A stretch of 64,000 nt of DNA from contig CAVNZM010000009.1 of the NCBI GenBank assembly GCA_963693365.1, positions 9,696,081 through 9,760,080 on the forward strand. The letters run 5' to 3'. Source of the DNA: Amoebidium appalachense. Its lineage: Eukaryota; Protista; Ichthyosporea. Position 1 is the stretch's first letter; each line of letters begins with the position of its first letter. Positions 14,102 to 26,474 of this stretch are shown in pieces. Position numbers and translations under genes: made by a program. The notes beneath the pieces were generated by a model that saw nothing but the letters and a program-made list of their open reading frames with translations, was not told where the DNA came from and searched no databases.

Positions 14102-16391
14102 GTCATGCAACTGACCTGACTGCGACTGAGTCGAAGAAGGAAGGCAGCGAAGAAAAATGGCTGCGGGCTGCGCGAGGAAGGAAGGAAATTCTTTTTCTTT
14201 TGACTGGATTTATTCGACGGAAAGATATGCAAGTATGCACGGAAAATTCGCCTCGTCGACGGATTCGCCTCCTCTTCGACTTCGCGTACACAGATAAGCA
14301 TTGTCATTACTAGCGAGACATTTCTGCTGAGGTAGGAAGGAAAATGAGGCACCACCTCATACGTGTCACGGAGACTACATAGTACATAGTACATACCCAA
14401 ACGCAACCCGTTAAGAGTTTCTACGCGATGTCTTTTCCTTTTTTTTTTTTTTTTCGCCCCCCCGCCGGCTCGCGTAGTCTTTTTTCTTTCCTTTTTTCTT
14501 TCTTTTTTTCCGGGCAATGTCATCAACTGTTCTGCTCTTGACAACGTACTTCCGGTCCCGGGCAGTGTCGTGTCAGTCAGTACATAGCTCTTGTTACCCA
14601 ATTCCCATATTTTGTGGCTAGAACACTTGAAACGTTGGGGCGCTCCCTTTTACCCAAAGAAAAGGTGTTTTTTCCCCACAACACGATACTTGCTGGGCTA
14701 CCCCTCGTGTACCCAACATTGTGTTGTCACAAGAACCTTAAGAGTATATGAAAGAGTGCAAGGCCAAAGGTGCAACAAATTCGACCGTGCTCCCCGTAAC
14801 CACCAAGTGTAACGCCTTCTTCTAGCTGCGTGCCTAGTGAACGGAAGCAATTTTTGACGTTTTCTGGTTTGTGGCTGTTTCTTACTGCAAAAATGCTTCG
14901 TGGGACCCAAGATGTTGTCAAACGTACTCCCCCCGCCCTCCCTTCCCCCCCAATACCCCCCCAATACTCCCTCTTCCACCCCTCCTCCCCTTCTTGTTGC
15001 ATACTATGCATGGGTTATTTTATGTACATTCGAAGGACGTTTTCGGTGGTGAGCTTTTTCAAACCCCTCCCTCCCCCCCCCCCCCCCCCCCCCCCCCCTC
15101 CCTTTCCCAACCACCACCACCACCACCACATCACCACCATTACTAGCCCATCCCACGAGCACCAGCACCAGCACTGAACGGATTGTCGCAAAGGTGTTAG
15201 TTCCCATTTTCTCTACCTGAATTCATCTTGGCTCTCTCTCTTTCTCTGCCTTGGATACCGTTTTTGGTAAGGCTTTGTCTTATTGTATCTGGTTTCTTCT
15301 ATTCACCCTTAGAAATTAACAACTCTACGTAATGGTTTTTAGCCCGATGTCCTACCCCTTACTACGCTGCCTAGCTATCCATACACCCCCCACTTTCTGG
15401 CGCACATGCAACATTTTTCTCTCTCAGCGTCGTGCTTTCCTGCAGTGCACGTTTTTTTCTCCGTTCTCTCTATAAATGCTTTTTTAGGTTCCTAACCTGT
15501 CAATTTAATATCATTTGGCTGTCGAAGGTCCTAACTCTCGTCACAGGCTTCGCAGCAGGCCTGGTTTATCCCGGCAACAGTAGGCTGTACGTGGGTGCTC
15601 AGTTGCTCAAACCTGGTGGTAGCATGTCCACTGCAGCGTTCAGCTCAGGTGAATACGAGAGGGGAGTTATTGTTAGGGTTAGCGGGTTTGGAGAGTGTAT
15701 GTGTCATAAATGCCACAGGCCAACTAACAATCAATGTTGACACGTCAGTTCCGTTGTTGTGCTGTACCTTCTCGTTTTCTTCGCTGACCCCCTTGTGTTG
15801 CATTCTCTTACACAGGACGCACAGACGAAAACAGAGTCTTGATGTACGGAAACCACATCAGATCGATGTTTGGAGAGCCCATCAGACGCAGACTATGGTC
15901 GGACGAAGACCACGTCAGCATAACGGTGAGTGTGTGAGCCCTTTGTAATCTGATGTTGGCTAGCCACACTGTGATCGTGTGCTGGTCTTACTTGGAAGGA
16001 GTTGTTCAGGAAAGTCTTTTTTTTTTTTTTTTGTTGAACTTAATATGCTGGCTATTAATAGTTCGTAGCCACAGGAGGTCGAAGAGCGCACGTCAATGTG
16101 TCAAGCTCCTAATCCCACAATTTGTGGACGGTGTACGCAGGGCTCTGGCACTTCTCATCCCCCGAGGCTGTCGTTGCGAAGGCATTAGCTGGTGAGCATT
16201 TGTTTTGACGCCTCGCTTCCCCTGCATGTTCCGCATGGCAGTTGCACGAAGAGAAAAAAGATACAGCACGCAGTATAGGATGCTCATGCCTCGAGCATAT
16301 AAAAGTAGGCACGAGTTTCTGCATGACACACAATTTATGCACACAACGTGATTCACCGTGCACGTTGCTTTCTTGCACAATTTTAATTTTT

Positions 16392-17157
16392 TGTTACACA
16401 TAGTCGCACGGAGACTCCCATTCCCAATACCCGGCTCTTTCTTCAAGTTTTCTTTGTGCCTTAGCACTATCACAAAGATGTGGGTGCTCTCTCACACAAT
16501 GCCAAGTGCACGTGAACACATACACGTCACAGGGAAACACTATAATCTGGTTCTCACTATCATCTCCTCTGCTTTACTGTGTGTAGAGTGAGTGGCTATA
16601 TAGCTGGCTTTGTTGTCTTTGTGTTTAGGTCGAAATAGGAGGACGCAAGTGAGCCGATCTTTAGACCGTGGCGTTGCATTCCTGTCTATTAATAGGCGTG
16701 TTTTGATTGGACACATTAGATCTGTTTGAATCCTTTTCACATGATGTGTCTTCACTCTGAGAGTGTCGACTGTTAGGAATTGATAGAGACGAATGTAAAC
16801 ACACATGTGAATTAATATTGACAAGTTGGTTGAGTTACTTAATTTCAAAGTTTAAGAAGAGTTTTAAGCTTCTATAGTATTGGAAGTTAGAAAGCGTTTT
16901 CTCGTTGGAATGTATTTGCCCTGTAGTTGAAGGAGCCCGATTGGTTCCCTTCATTTAGGTGAGATGAGATAATGAATGGGCCAGAACCACGGCCAGAACA
17001 GAAAGGCCCGAGAGTGCAATAAACGTTATTTGTTGTTTCAATCTTTCTTCGCAGGCTGTCGTGAACAACTCCGATTGCACTCTCTTTATTGTGTTTGTCG
17101 TGTTTTACAGGACCCCTCTGTGCACTCTGCTTCCCGTAATACCCGTACAAAACAGCA
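16392..17157 (+). mobile_element. Diverged solo LTR related to Copia family A
   Basis: Shares tgtcttcact.tgagagtgtcgact, gtgaacaactccgattgc and ctctgtgcactctgct...cccgtacaaaac with LTR 11200-12107. The 5' boundary is approximate and no clean TSD was found. Confidence 0.75.
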
Positions 17158-17568
17158 GCGAGTGTCCATTGGCAACCCCTAAGCCTTTGGAATGCCGAAA
17201 CCCACATGAATCCTGCCTGATCAGATGACACAACTCCAGGAAATATCCCGTAAGTGTTGCTGTTGTAAACCCCCTTTCCGAGGGCTGCTACGTATCAATA
17301 GATATCATTCCAGCATCACCCGGCTCCCTCCAACGCCACACAAACAGGCAAGTCTAACTTTGCCTGCACGGAATCGATTAGGCATACCATTATGCAACAT
17401 ACTGTCCGAGACTACCTACATAATACTTTAGGTCTAAAAATCCATGAAGTCGATACAACCAATGCAAAGGCGCCCCGTGGGCATATTCACACCAATACAC
17501 TGGCCCTTGAGCACAACGCCTTTCGTCAGCCATTCTGGAGGTAAGGAAGATAAATAAATCTACATTGC

Positions 17569-17703
17569 TCAGTAGTGGCGCCAGTCGTGCAGGTTTGGGG
17601 CCTTGTCAAAGCACAGCAGGATGGTGGGCAGCACCTCGTGCCGCAGCCACATCTGCACCAGCTGCCCCAGCCGCCGCCCAGCCAGGAACAGCGGCTGGCC
17701 CCG

Positions 17704-17704
<1 letters not shown>
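17569..17704 (-). CDS. Isolated GC3-rich terminal exon (RGQPLFLAGRRLGQLVQMWLRHEVLPTILLCFDKAPNLHDWRHY*)
   Basis: Strong coding-like codon bias after a (CA)n tract, but the expected acceptor reads ...acacgg rather than ...acag. Possibly a gene fragment. Confidence 0.4.
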
Positions 17705-17764
<60 letters not shown>

Positions 17765-19014
17765 CCCCGCCCCACCTCCCTCCCCCCTCCCCCCCCCCCC
17801 TGCCTGTGTGTGTGTGTGCGCGCGCGCGTGTGTGCGCGCGTGTTGGAGTGTGTGCACGTGAGCGTGTCAACTATTGCCATGGTGTGTGTGTATGCCTGTT
17901 AAAGGGGAGAGGGGCGTGGGAAGGGGGGGGGGGGGGGGGGGGGGGATGGCTGGGAGAGCAAGTAAGAAATTAAAACTAATGCATAGAATTAAAACATTTG
18001 TAACAGACACGTACATGGTGCCTATGAATGTAGTCTGTTCCCCTTACACCTTCACATGAAAGAATGGCTTTTTTTTTTAGTTTGACGAAGAATGGGTGAG
18101 TGGCTGGGAATAAGGAAGGAAGAGAGAGGGGTGTGGGGGTATGTGTGGGTGGGTGGGAAGCAACTGCAAAAGAGAACGGAATGCCAGGGTCCCTAAATCT
18201 TTTCACGCCTATCTACTAACCCATCCCTCCCTCCCTCCCCCCCCCACCCCCTTCCCCTCCCCCTCCCCCTCTCCCCACCCCCCTCCCAAAAAAACCCACC
18301 CACCCGCACACACACACCCCATCCCCCCATCGACCCACACCACATACTCACACCTCCCTCATCTCCCAGGGAAGGGGGAGGAAGGGGGGGGGGGGGGGGA
18401 GGGGAGGGAGGGGGAGGGGGGGGGGGGGTAGAGAGAAGCAAAAGAAAGAAGAAGTAGAGAGCGAAGGATGGGAGGGAGATGTGTGTATGTTTTTTCTTTT
18501 TTTGGGGGGGGGGGGGGGGGGGGGAGGGGGCAGGGGGAGGAGGGGGGGGGGGGGGAGGGGGGCACACAAACAGGAAAACAAATCAAGAATTGAACACAAC
18601 ATGAACCACCCACCTTCCAGCATGCTTTGTAGGTCGTTCAGACCAACTGTAAAGTATCCTCACGGACACTTCAGTGTAAAATGTATGTGTATGAGTGTAA
18701 ACGGGGTTCACTCTGAACTGGATTTCAGAGGATCGATGCGTGCGTTTATATACGGATGGTCGACCTGGACACACAACTCCCTAGCCGACCAATCATATTA
18801 CAGATTAGTACAGGGCTAGTAATTACTGTGTGTGACTACTTGGTCTCTTGCCGGTTCTAACACTCATATATAATTTTTACTGCTGCATGACTTATGACTT
18901 ACACAGCCCCGAAATATACTCCAAATAAACAGGTACCAGTACTTTTCCTGTTTGTGACTTTGGTTACCAGTTACCTTTCGGAGTGCTGTCTCTCTCACAT
19001 GTGTAACTGCAGGT

Positions 19015-19730
19015 TTACAACGACCACTCATTGCAGCTGGACTTTACCGGGATGCCCGGCTCGACATGACTGGTCGAATATGAGACTCCCCAATCACTTG
19101 GACGCCACTGATTGAAAGCCGTGTCGTAGCCTGCAAATTTGACTCGATAATAAGTGGTTACATGGCCGTTGACTGTAACTACTTTCTTATCCAAAATTTT
19201 CTCTACCGTGGTGTCCATGCCACCTAACTCTGGAATACCGTTATGCTGGGTGTTAGGACACTGAGAAAACGTCGAAAGAGCACGGAAGGCAAATTCGTGG
19301 TAAGCCTTAATGTCGTCGACGTTATACTGGCGAATATCGTGCTCATTCACCGTATGCCGGAGTTTGTATTCAGTACTACCTATCCGGGCTAACACTATAT
19401 ATGGACCCAAGAACCGTGGTCTCCATTTCTTCACGGGGCCACCCTTAGCACGGGTGAAATTCCTAACCAACACCTTACTGCCCACTTTAAAAGTACGGAG
19501 AGGAATGTTAGTGTTAGTGCTGTTAGTAAGAGATTCATGTGCTTGCTCTGTACGTTGCCGTGCCACTTCACGGGCATGCAAAACTCGAGCCAACACCTCC
19601 TCCCTATACTTAGTCCACTCTTCCATACGGAGAGGACCAGAGAAGGCAGGAAGCATACTCACATCTAAGAACTCGGTACACTCCTGACCATGCACAAGAA
19701 AACACGGAGAAAAACCAGTGATAGCATTAG
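19015..19730 (-). pseudogene. Ty3/Gypsy chromovirus integrase C-terminus plus chromodomain remnant
   Basis: SPCFLVHG, FKVGSKVLVRN, KWRPRFLGPYIV (GPY/F motif), then VEKILDKK...YYRVKFAGYD..NQW (chromodomain). Confidence 0.85.
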
Positions 19731-20236
19731 GTCATCAGCAATCTTCACCCCCCATCGGAAACCCCTCTTCGACGTCGACGACGGGTTCGGAGTAGTTTAC
19801 GATACCTGAGTGGCTGCGTTTGGTACCCTCGACATTTTAATGGATGGACAGCTGAAAACCCATCGCCGACGTCGACAAGCATATTACAGGGTAATAAAGA
19901 GGTCCACTGATTTTTCGACCCTCATGTGTATATGCCAACGTCATCATATGGACATGCTGTGCATGCCTTTACACCGTCCATTAACCGAATGTAGCACCTA
20001 TTCCAATGCTATAGACGTGCTATGGACGTCGTAAGCCTGTTCTACGTATGCATACTGTGTAGGCTAACAAGATGCGTATCGTCGACGTCGAAAACAAAGC
20101 ATACTGTGAAGGCGATTCTGAGCATCTTAATATGAGGTTTCCGACGTCCGTAAACTAATAAGAGACGGCGAATTCTGCAATAATAAATATTGTTTTTATA
20201 ATGTTACAGTATAAGTACAATAGTTTTATGTGTATG

Positions 20237-20295
<59 letters not shown>

Positions 20296-20527
20296 GGGTA
20301 AGGGGTGTCCTGTGAATGAAAACATGGTTTAGTTCTAACGTGAAATGTACTAATGTACTACAGAAAACATGTGCTTACCAACTGGAATATTCTACCCCAC
20401 ACACAACCATACACGTATGCATGAGAATGGGAGGGGGGAAGATTAAATAAATAGAAAAAGAAAACAGTATACAAATAATAAACAAACAAATAAATAAATA
20501 AATAATAAATAAGAAAATAAGGATTTA

Positions 20528-20608
20528 GTGGATCCGAACCGCAGTCTTGGGCAAAACTATCCTCCTTCGAGCTACTGCCTTGCCCAGGTACGCCATTCGG
20601 TCACTTCC
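20528..20608 (-). other. tRNA-like Pol III sequence (SINE head or tRNA pseudogene)
   Basis: Minus strand has an A-box-like TGACCGAATGG and B-box-like GGTTCGGATCC, an internal gggcaa/ttgccc stem and a T-rich tail. No full cloverleaf could be built. Confidence 0.35.
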
Positions 20609-21500
20609 GAAAGTATGGGAAACCCGAACACTATTTAGCGTACAATACTTATTAGGTTTTATTTGTGGAAATTATTGACATAAATATTTTTCTGGGTAAA
20701 TACGTAGGATGGGTGTCCGATATCTACAGGCTTCGTTTCATGTTTTAGCAGTTCGCGTTCGGCTGCCCGCATACGGGCACCTATTAGCCGATCAAAACAT
20801 CAGATTCCACAGATCTATGAAAAACTACTCCGGGACGTGTGTTGCCTCTAGGGGGACATCCCCTTGGACGAAAGTGAACCTGCAATGGTTGTAAACCACG
20901 GCAAGCCCCCAGTCATCAATTTATTGATCCGTGAGGTCCATGTGCCCAAAAAACGGGGGAAGGCTTCGCCCCGTGAAAAAACAGCACGTATGTGTGGATC
21001 AATGGGGGTTGTGTGTGGGTGTAGGTGGGTGGGTGAAAAGGAATATATAGCTGTAAGGCTGTGGATGCTAAACACAGAAGATGTGTTTGTAGCTTGCTGA
21101 TCTGCTAAAAACTGTCGTGCTTATATACCTAAGCCTACCGATCTGAACCAATCAAAAATCGATCTAGTGATATGTGAAATCTGATCCGAGCCAATCATAA
21201 CTCGGTCTAGTGATCTGTGGTATCTGATGTTTTGACTGGCTAATAGGTGCCCGTGTGCGGGCAGCCAACCGCTAACTGCTAAAACACGAAATGAAGCCTA
21301 CATGGTTATGTTGGTATCGAACACCCATCCTACGTGTTTACCCAGAAAAATATTTATGTCAATAATTTCCACAAATAAAACCTCTATGAAAAACTACTCC
21401 GGGACGTGTGTTGCCTCTAGGGGGACATCCCCTTGGACGAAAGTGAACCTGCAATGGTTGTAAACCACGGCACGAGAGCAGTATGCTTGCTCCAAAGGTT

Positions 21501-22561
21501 TCACTTAAGAATAGAGGCGAATACACGTGTGGTGGTGGCAGCAATGGAGGCCGGACGAAGTCGGGTATAGATCAGGAAGCAGTCGGAGGACCACCGGCCG
21601 AGTTGTTTGATCCGGGAGTCGTCGACCCCGGCCTCAGCCAGTGCTGTGGCCCCCCCGATGCGGAGGCTGTGTCCGGCAAACCGGGAGGGTGAGAGGCCTG
21701 CCCGGGAGAGGAGGGCACGGAAATCGGCAGAGAAAGCACTCTTGGTGTAGGGGATGCCACCGAGACTGAAGAGGGGGTCGTCGGGTTGACCGGACGTTGT
21801 ATCCAGGAACTGCCGGAGGAGATGGGCTGGGGAGAAGTGGGTGAGGGGCAGGGCAGCTAGGGTGACGTTGACACCTCGGGCCTGTACATCCGTCTTAGAG
21901 GTTGGCAGGTGGAGGGTGGCATGGGACAAAGTACCGGTGGGGGTGTAGCTGAAGGTCACGTCCTTCCGTTTAACGTGACGGGACGGGTCGAAAGAAGTCA
22001 GGGTCTTGGAGGTAAATTCCCCTGAACGGAGGAGACCACAGAAACCGACGATGAGGGCCGTCCATAGCCGGAGATTGGCCGAGGAGGCCTTGGTGGGGCA
22101 CTGGCCGTGGAGTAGGTGGAGGTGGGAGGGGAGGAGGGGTTCCCTGGTGGATGAGCGGGGTCGGATGTTGTGAGAAAGCTGCCATCGGCCTACCCCCCGT
22201 AGGAACCAGGCCAGAGACTTGTCGTGGGGGTAGGGAGCAGGGAGGCCCATGTCGAGGTGGAGCCTGGTGATGGCCGAATTGTAGCCGGTTAAGGAAGAGG
22301 CCTGTACCCCTCGTTGGGCACACCAGGCGAGAAAAAGTTGCACGGTGTGTGGGGAGGCCGGGAGGGAGGACCCGGAGGAGGATTGCAGCCGAGATGCCAC
22401 ACAGAAATCGATGAACACTTTTTGCACCCGGGAGTAAAAGGCCCGAGAGTCGAGGTTGAGACTCAGGGCCTGGCATTCCTGCAGGGTAGTGGTGGCTCGA
22501 AGCAGCTCGGCCGGAGCAAAGTGGGGGGCCAATCTGCCAGTGTTGCTCCGGAACGGGAGAT
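21501..22561 (-). CDS. Tyrosine recombinase (Ngaro Y)
   Basis: Catalytic set LLRSGE, SKTD, GHSLRIGGAT, GRW, IY. Confidence 0.93.
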
Positions 22562-22584
22562 CTGGGGGGGGGGGGGGGGGGGGG

Positions 22585-24206
22585 TTAGCCCAAGGGAAGG
22601 GATAGGAACTCGTGGACCCAGGAGGGGAAGGGGCAGGGCTCCGGTTGCAGGGAAGGTCGGAGTCGTCGGGCCCGGGGAAGTTGGTTACGAGAAATGGCAT
22701 CGGCCAGATGGTTGAGGGGTCCTGGTAGGTAGGATGCCTGTAACGTAAATTGGTATTGCATTTCCATGCGGGTGATGAACCGAATAAGTTTGGCCATCAC
22801 GGGGTGGGGGGAAGACCGGGAGTGCAGGTCAGACACAGCACCCGTGTTGTCGCATAAAATACGGACATGGTGGGTGGACCAGGAGGGGGCCCAGAGGGCC
22901 ACGGCGGCTGCGATGGCCAGGAGTTCGATGACGGAAGAACCGAGTTTACCCTCATGAGCATAGAGGGCTTGGGTGGAGGGGGACCAGGGCATGAAGAACC
23001 ATTGGTCGAGCCAGTGGCCACCTAGACCCACCGATCCGGCAGCATCAGTGGCCAGGGTGGTGTATGTGGGGGGTGTGATGAGGTGCACCCCATTCCATGA
23101 TGTGAGGAACTGGTGCCATTCGGCTATGTCGGCCCGGGCGGCAGCAGTCAGTCGTATGTGGTGGTGGCCGGCAAGGTGTGGGTGGGTCCGGAGAAGGGCC
23201 CATAGGCGCTGGGAGAAGGCCCTCCCGGGGGGAACCAGCTGGGCACACCAGGTGAGTTTGCCGAGGAGGGACTGGAGGTCCCGAATGGTGATGGTGGGCT
23301 TTGGGTGGGAAGTGAGGTCGAGTAGGTCCGAGAGCTTGGAAGCCGGGATTCGTGCCTCCATGGCGATGGAGTCGAATTCGATACCGATGAAGACGACACG
23401 GGTAGCCGGGCCCTGCATCTTGTCTTCGGAGATGGCAATGTGCAGCTCTCGGCAGAGTTGCAGAAAGGTGGATAGGTGACGTTGGCACTGCTGTTGTGTG
23501 GGGGCGACTATAATCCAGTCGTCTACGTAGTGGCGGATGAGGGTAATACCGTGCTGGTGTGCCAGCCACTGTAGGGTGGCCGCGATCCGTTCCCAGATGG
23601 CTGGGCTAGATTTCAGGCCGAAGGGCAGTCTGGTTTCAACGTAAAAATGCCCTTGCCATTTGAATGCCATTAAGTGGTGGTCTTCCGGTCGGATGGGCAT
23701 GTGCCGGAAGGCAGCCTGCACATCTGCCACGGCCATGTAGCAGCCGGGGCCTGCGTCGAGAATGAGTTGGGTGACATCCCGGGCGCGAATGTACTGAAGT
23801 TCGTCGGGGTAGGTGATGCTGTCATTGACACTGCTACCCCGGGGCCAGGAGAGGTGGTGGATTCGACGGTACTTGGGGGGGTTCCCTTTCTTGGTAACGG
23901 CGCCGATGGGGGAGGAACGGTGGACGGGAAATTCGTCAAAGAATTGGGCCGGGGAGAGGGGGCCGCGCAGGTGGCCGAGGGCGACTTCTTTGGCAATATC
24001 CACCGTGATAGCGGCAGCTGCCTCCGGGGTGGTGGGTAGGTTGGGGCCCACCCGAGAGGTGGAGGGGCCGCGATAGCCGATGTCGACGCCGAATTCGACA
24101 TCGTGGAGGAGTTGTGCGGCGAATGGTTGGTCCGGGTAGGAGGCCAGCAGTTCCCGGAGGCGGGAGGTGTCAATGTGGTGCTGGGGCAGCGGGCGGGCCT
24201 CCGGGT
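22585..24206 (-). CDS. Reverse transcriptase-RNase H (Ngaro Y)
   Basis: ADVQAAFRH, LPFGLKSSP, HYVDD; RNase H TDAAG, IELLAI, CDN, NHLADAISR. Start placed at the predicted splice acceptor; the ORF track extends to 24420. Confidence 0.93.
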
Positions 24207-24267
24207 CTGAGCCTCGGGGGAAGGGGTGGTTAGCAAGGGTGGTGTACCCTTGGGGAGATCCCGGCAG

Positions 24268-24305
<38 letters not shown>

Positions 24306-24698
24306 CAGGGCCCCGGGGGGTTAGAGTAGGGCAGCTTGGCCCAAGTGAGGGTTGGCAGGGAGGGCAGCGGGGCCCTGTGCAGGGGAATGTGCCCGAGCAC
24401 GCGGGGGTGTGGGCGGACACAGCGGTAGAAGAAGGGGGGGGGAGGGAGTGCTAGGTGAGTGTAAGGGGGGGGGAGGCTCGTGGGATGGGGGGGGGGGGAG
24501 TAAAATTATGTGCAGTGGCCAGAATAAACGTCTTTGTATAGGGACATTTATTCTTGACGCGCGCGGGCGCCGTAGTTGGCCTGCGAAATTTTGTACTCAG
24601 CCCTATTGGCCCGTTCTCCCGAGCTCCGTTTCCCTGTACTCGTGTGTCCTAGCTCCGAACCCCTATGTTCTAGCTGTGTGTGTGGGTGTGCGCGTAGA

Positions 24699-25869
24699 CT
24701 AGGCATTGTGCTTGCAGTCTTTGCGGGGGTGTGTGCCAGAGCAGAGCGGGCACACGTGGGAGAAGGGGCAGGGCTGCTTAGCGCAGGACCGACCGTTAAT
24801 GTGGAAATTCCTGCAGTGCGTCGCGGGTAGATCCACGGGTCGGGCCGGTTTGGCCGGGCCGGGTTGCGGGCCAGGGCGGTTAGGGGTGTGACCCCCGCCG
24901 GGCTTGTGGGGCGGCTTAAAGCCGTCAAGACCACAGCCGGGCTTGGGGTACATGGGGCAGGCCGCGCTGGGGTGGTCGGGGGAAGCCACAGCGCTGACAT
25001 GCGTCCTGGATGAGCAGGGTGGGTGGCAGGAGGAGATCCTGGTGGAGTTGGGCGAGCAGGTTGGGGCACTCGATCGGAGCCCGACCCTGCTGGTGGGCCA
25101 CGGTGCGGGCGTATACGTCATAGTTGTGGATCTGGGCCCACGGGTATCGGGTGCTGAGGCGAGTGATGTGCTGAGTCCAAAGTACGTCTTTGTCCGTGGG
25201 AAGGCCGAGGTGGTGCTTGGCGGCCATGTAATGGGTCCAAGCTTGGATCCAAATGACGAGTGAACGCAGGGGAACGGGTTTGTCTTGGCGAAAAGTCTCG
25301 ATGCTGCCGTCGTCGGCCATGCGCAGATGCTGACCTTTCTTGGATGGGGCCAGGAGGGCGGCGGGGGTGAACTTATACAGGTCGACGAAACGATTGGCGC
25401 GCAAATCTGCCAGCACATCCGCGGGGGGAAGCGGGAGTGTGCCCGGCTGAATGTCGCCAGTGTTCTCACCTGTGATGGGGGGCGCGGGCAGGGCAGGCAG
25501 GTCAAGGTCAGGGCCGAGATGCAGCCCCGGGGAAACCTCCCCGGGTGTGGAGGGCGCGGCGGGGGGCGCGGGAGGGTCGCGGTTGGTGAGAGCAGCCAGG
25601 ACGCCAGCCATCTGGGTGCTGATGGCGGTGAGGGCGGCCAGGACGGCGTCTTGAGAAGTCATCTGCGGGGACGGCGGGGCCTGAGGGGGGACTTCAGGGG
25701 TGGAGGGGAGAGTAGCCGGCGGGTCCGGGTCCGTGGTGGTATGGGCCGCTGGAGGCGCGTCAGTGTCCGCGGGAGCGTTGGTCAGCCTGTGGCGGAGGTC
25801 GCTGCGGGTCAGGCGCTTAGGTGCCGCGGCAGGGGCGGCGGCTGAGGCCTGGCGCTTTTTCGGCGGCAT
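24699..25869 (-). CDS. Gag-like protein with Cys/His fingers (Ngaro Y), frameshift near 24980
   Basis: MPPKKR start; C-terminal CQRCG..H....C and CRNFH...C....CPFSHVCPLC...H....C, split across two frames. Confidence 0.85.
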
Positions 25870-26474
25870 GCTGACCGGCGTAGGGAAAGATAGGGAGAAT
25901 GAAAAGGAGTGAAAAGGAATATATAGCTGTAAGGCTGTGGATGCTAAACACAGAAGATGTGTTTGTAGCTTGCTGATCTGCTAAAAACTGTCGTGCTTAT
26001 ATACCTAAGCCTACCGATCTGAACCAATCAAAAATCGATCTAGTGATATGTGAAATCTGATCCGAGCCAATCATAACTCGGTCTAGTGATCTGTGGTATC
26101 TGATGTTTTGACTGGCTAATAGGTGCCCGTGTGCGGGCAGCCAACCGCTAACTGCTAAAACACGAAATGAAGCCTACATGGTTATGTTGGTATCGAACAC
26201 CCATCCTACGTGTTTACCCAGAAAAATATTTATGTCAATAATTTCCACAAATAAAACTCACTAGACCGAGTTTGATTGGCTCGGATCAGATTTCACATAT
26301 CACTAGATCGTTTTTGATTGGCTCAGTTCGGTAGCCTTAGGTATATAAGCACGACAGTTTTTAGCAGATCAGCAAGCAACAAACACATCTTCTGTGTTTA
26401 GCACCCACAGCTTTACAGCTATATTTTCTTTTTCACTCTTTTCACTCTCCCTATCTTTCCCTCCGCCGGTCAGC

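Larger units (their letters stand above)
20814..26257 (-). mobile_element. Ngaro-type YR retrotransposon copy Y, nested in A1 of copy X
   Basis: Complete A1-gag-RT/RH-YR-B1-A2-B2 on the minus strand. The flanks cacaga| and |tcactagacc rejoin into an intact A repeat. Confidence 0.95.

Noticed and set aside
15200-16200. Possible plus-strand exons
   Set aside because: Splice-like signals are present but no consistent frame or recognisable domain could be built.
22562-22700. YR ORF starting at an ATG inside RNase H (MPFLVTNF...)
   Set aside because: In frame only in copy Y, through chance poly-C length. Out of frame in X and Z.
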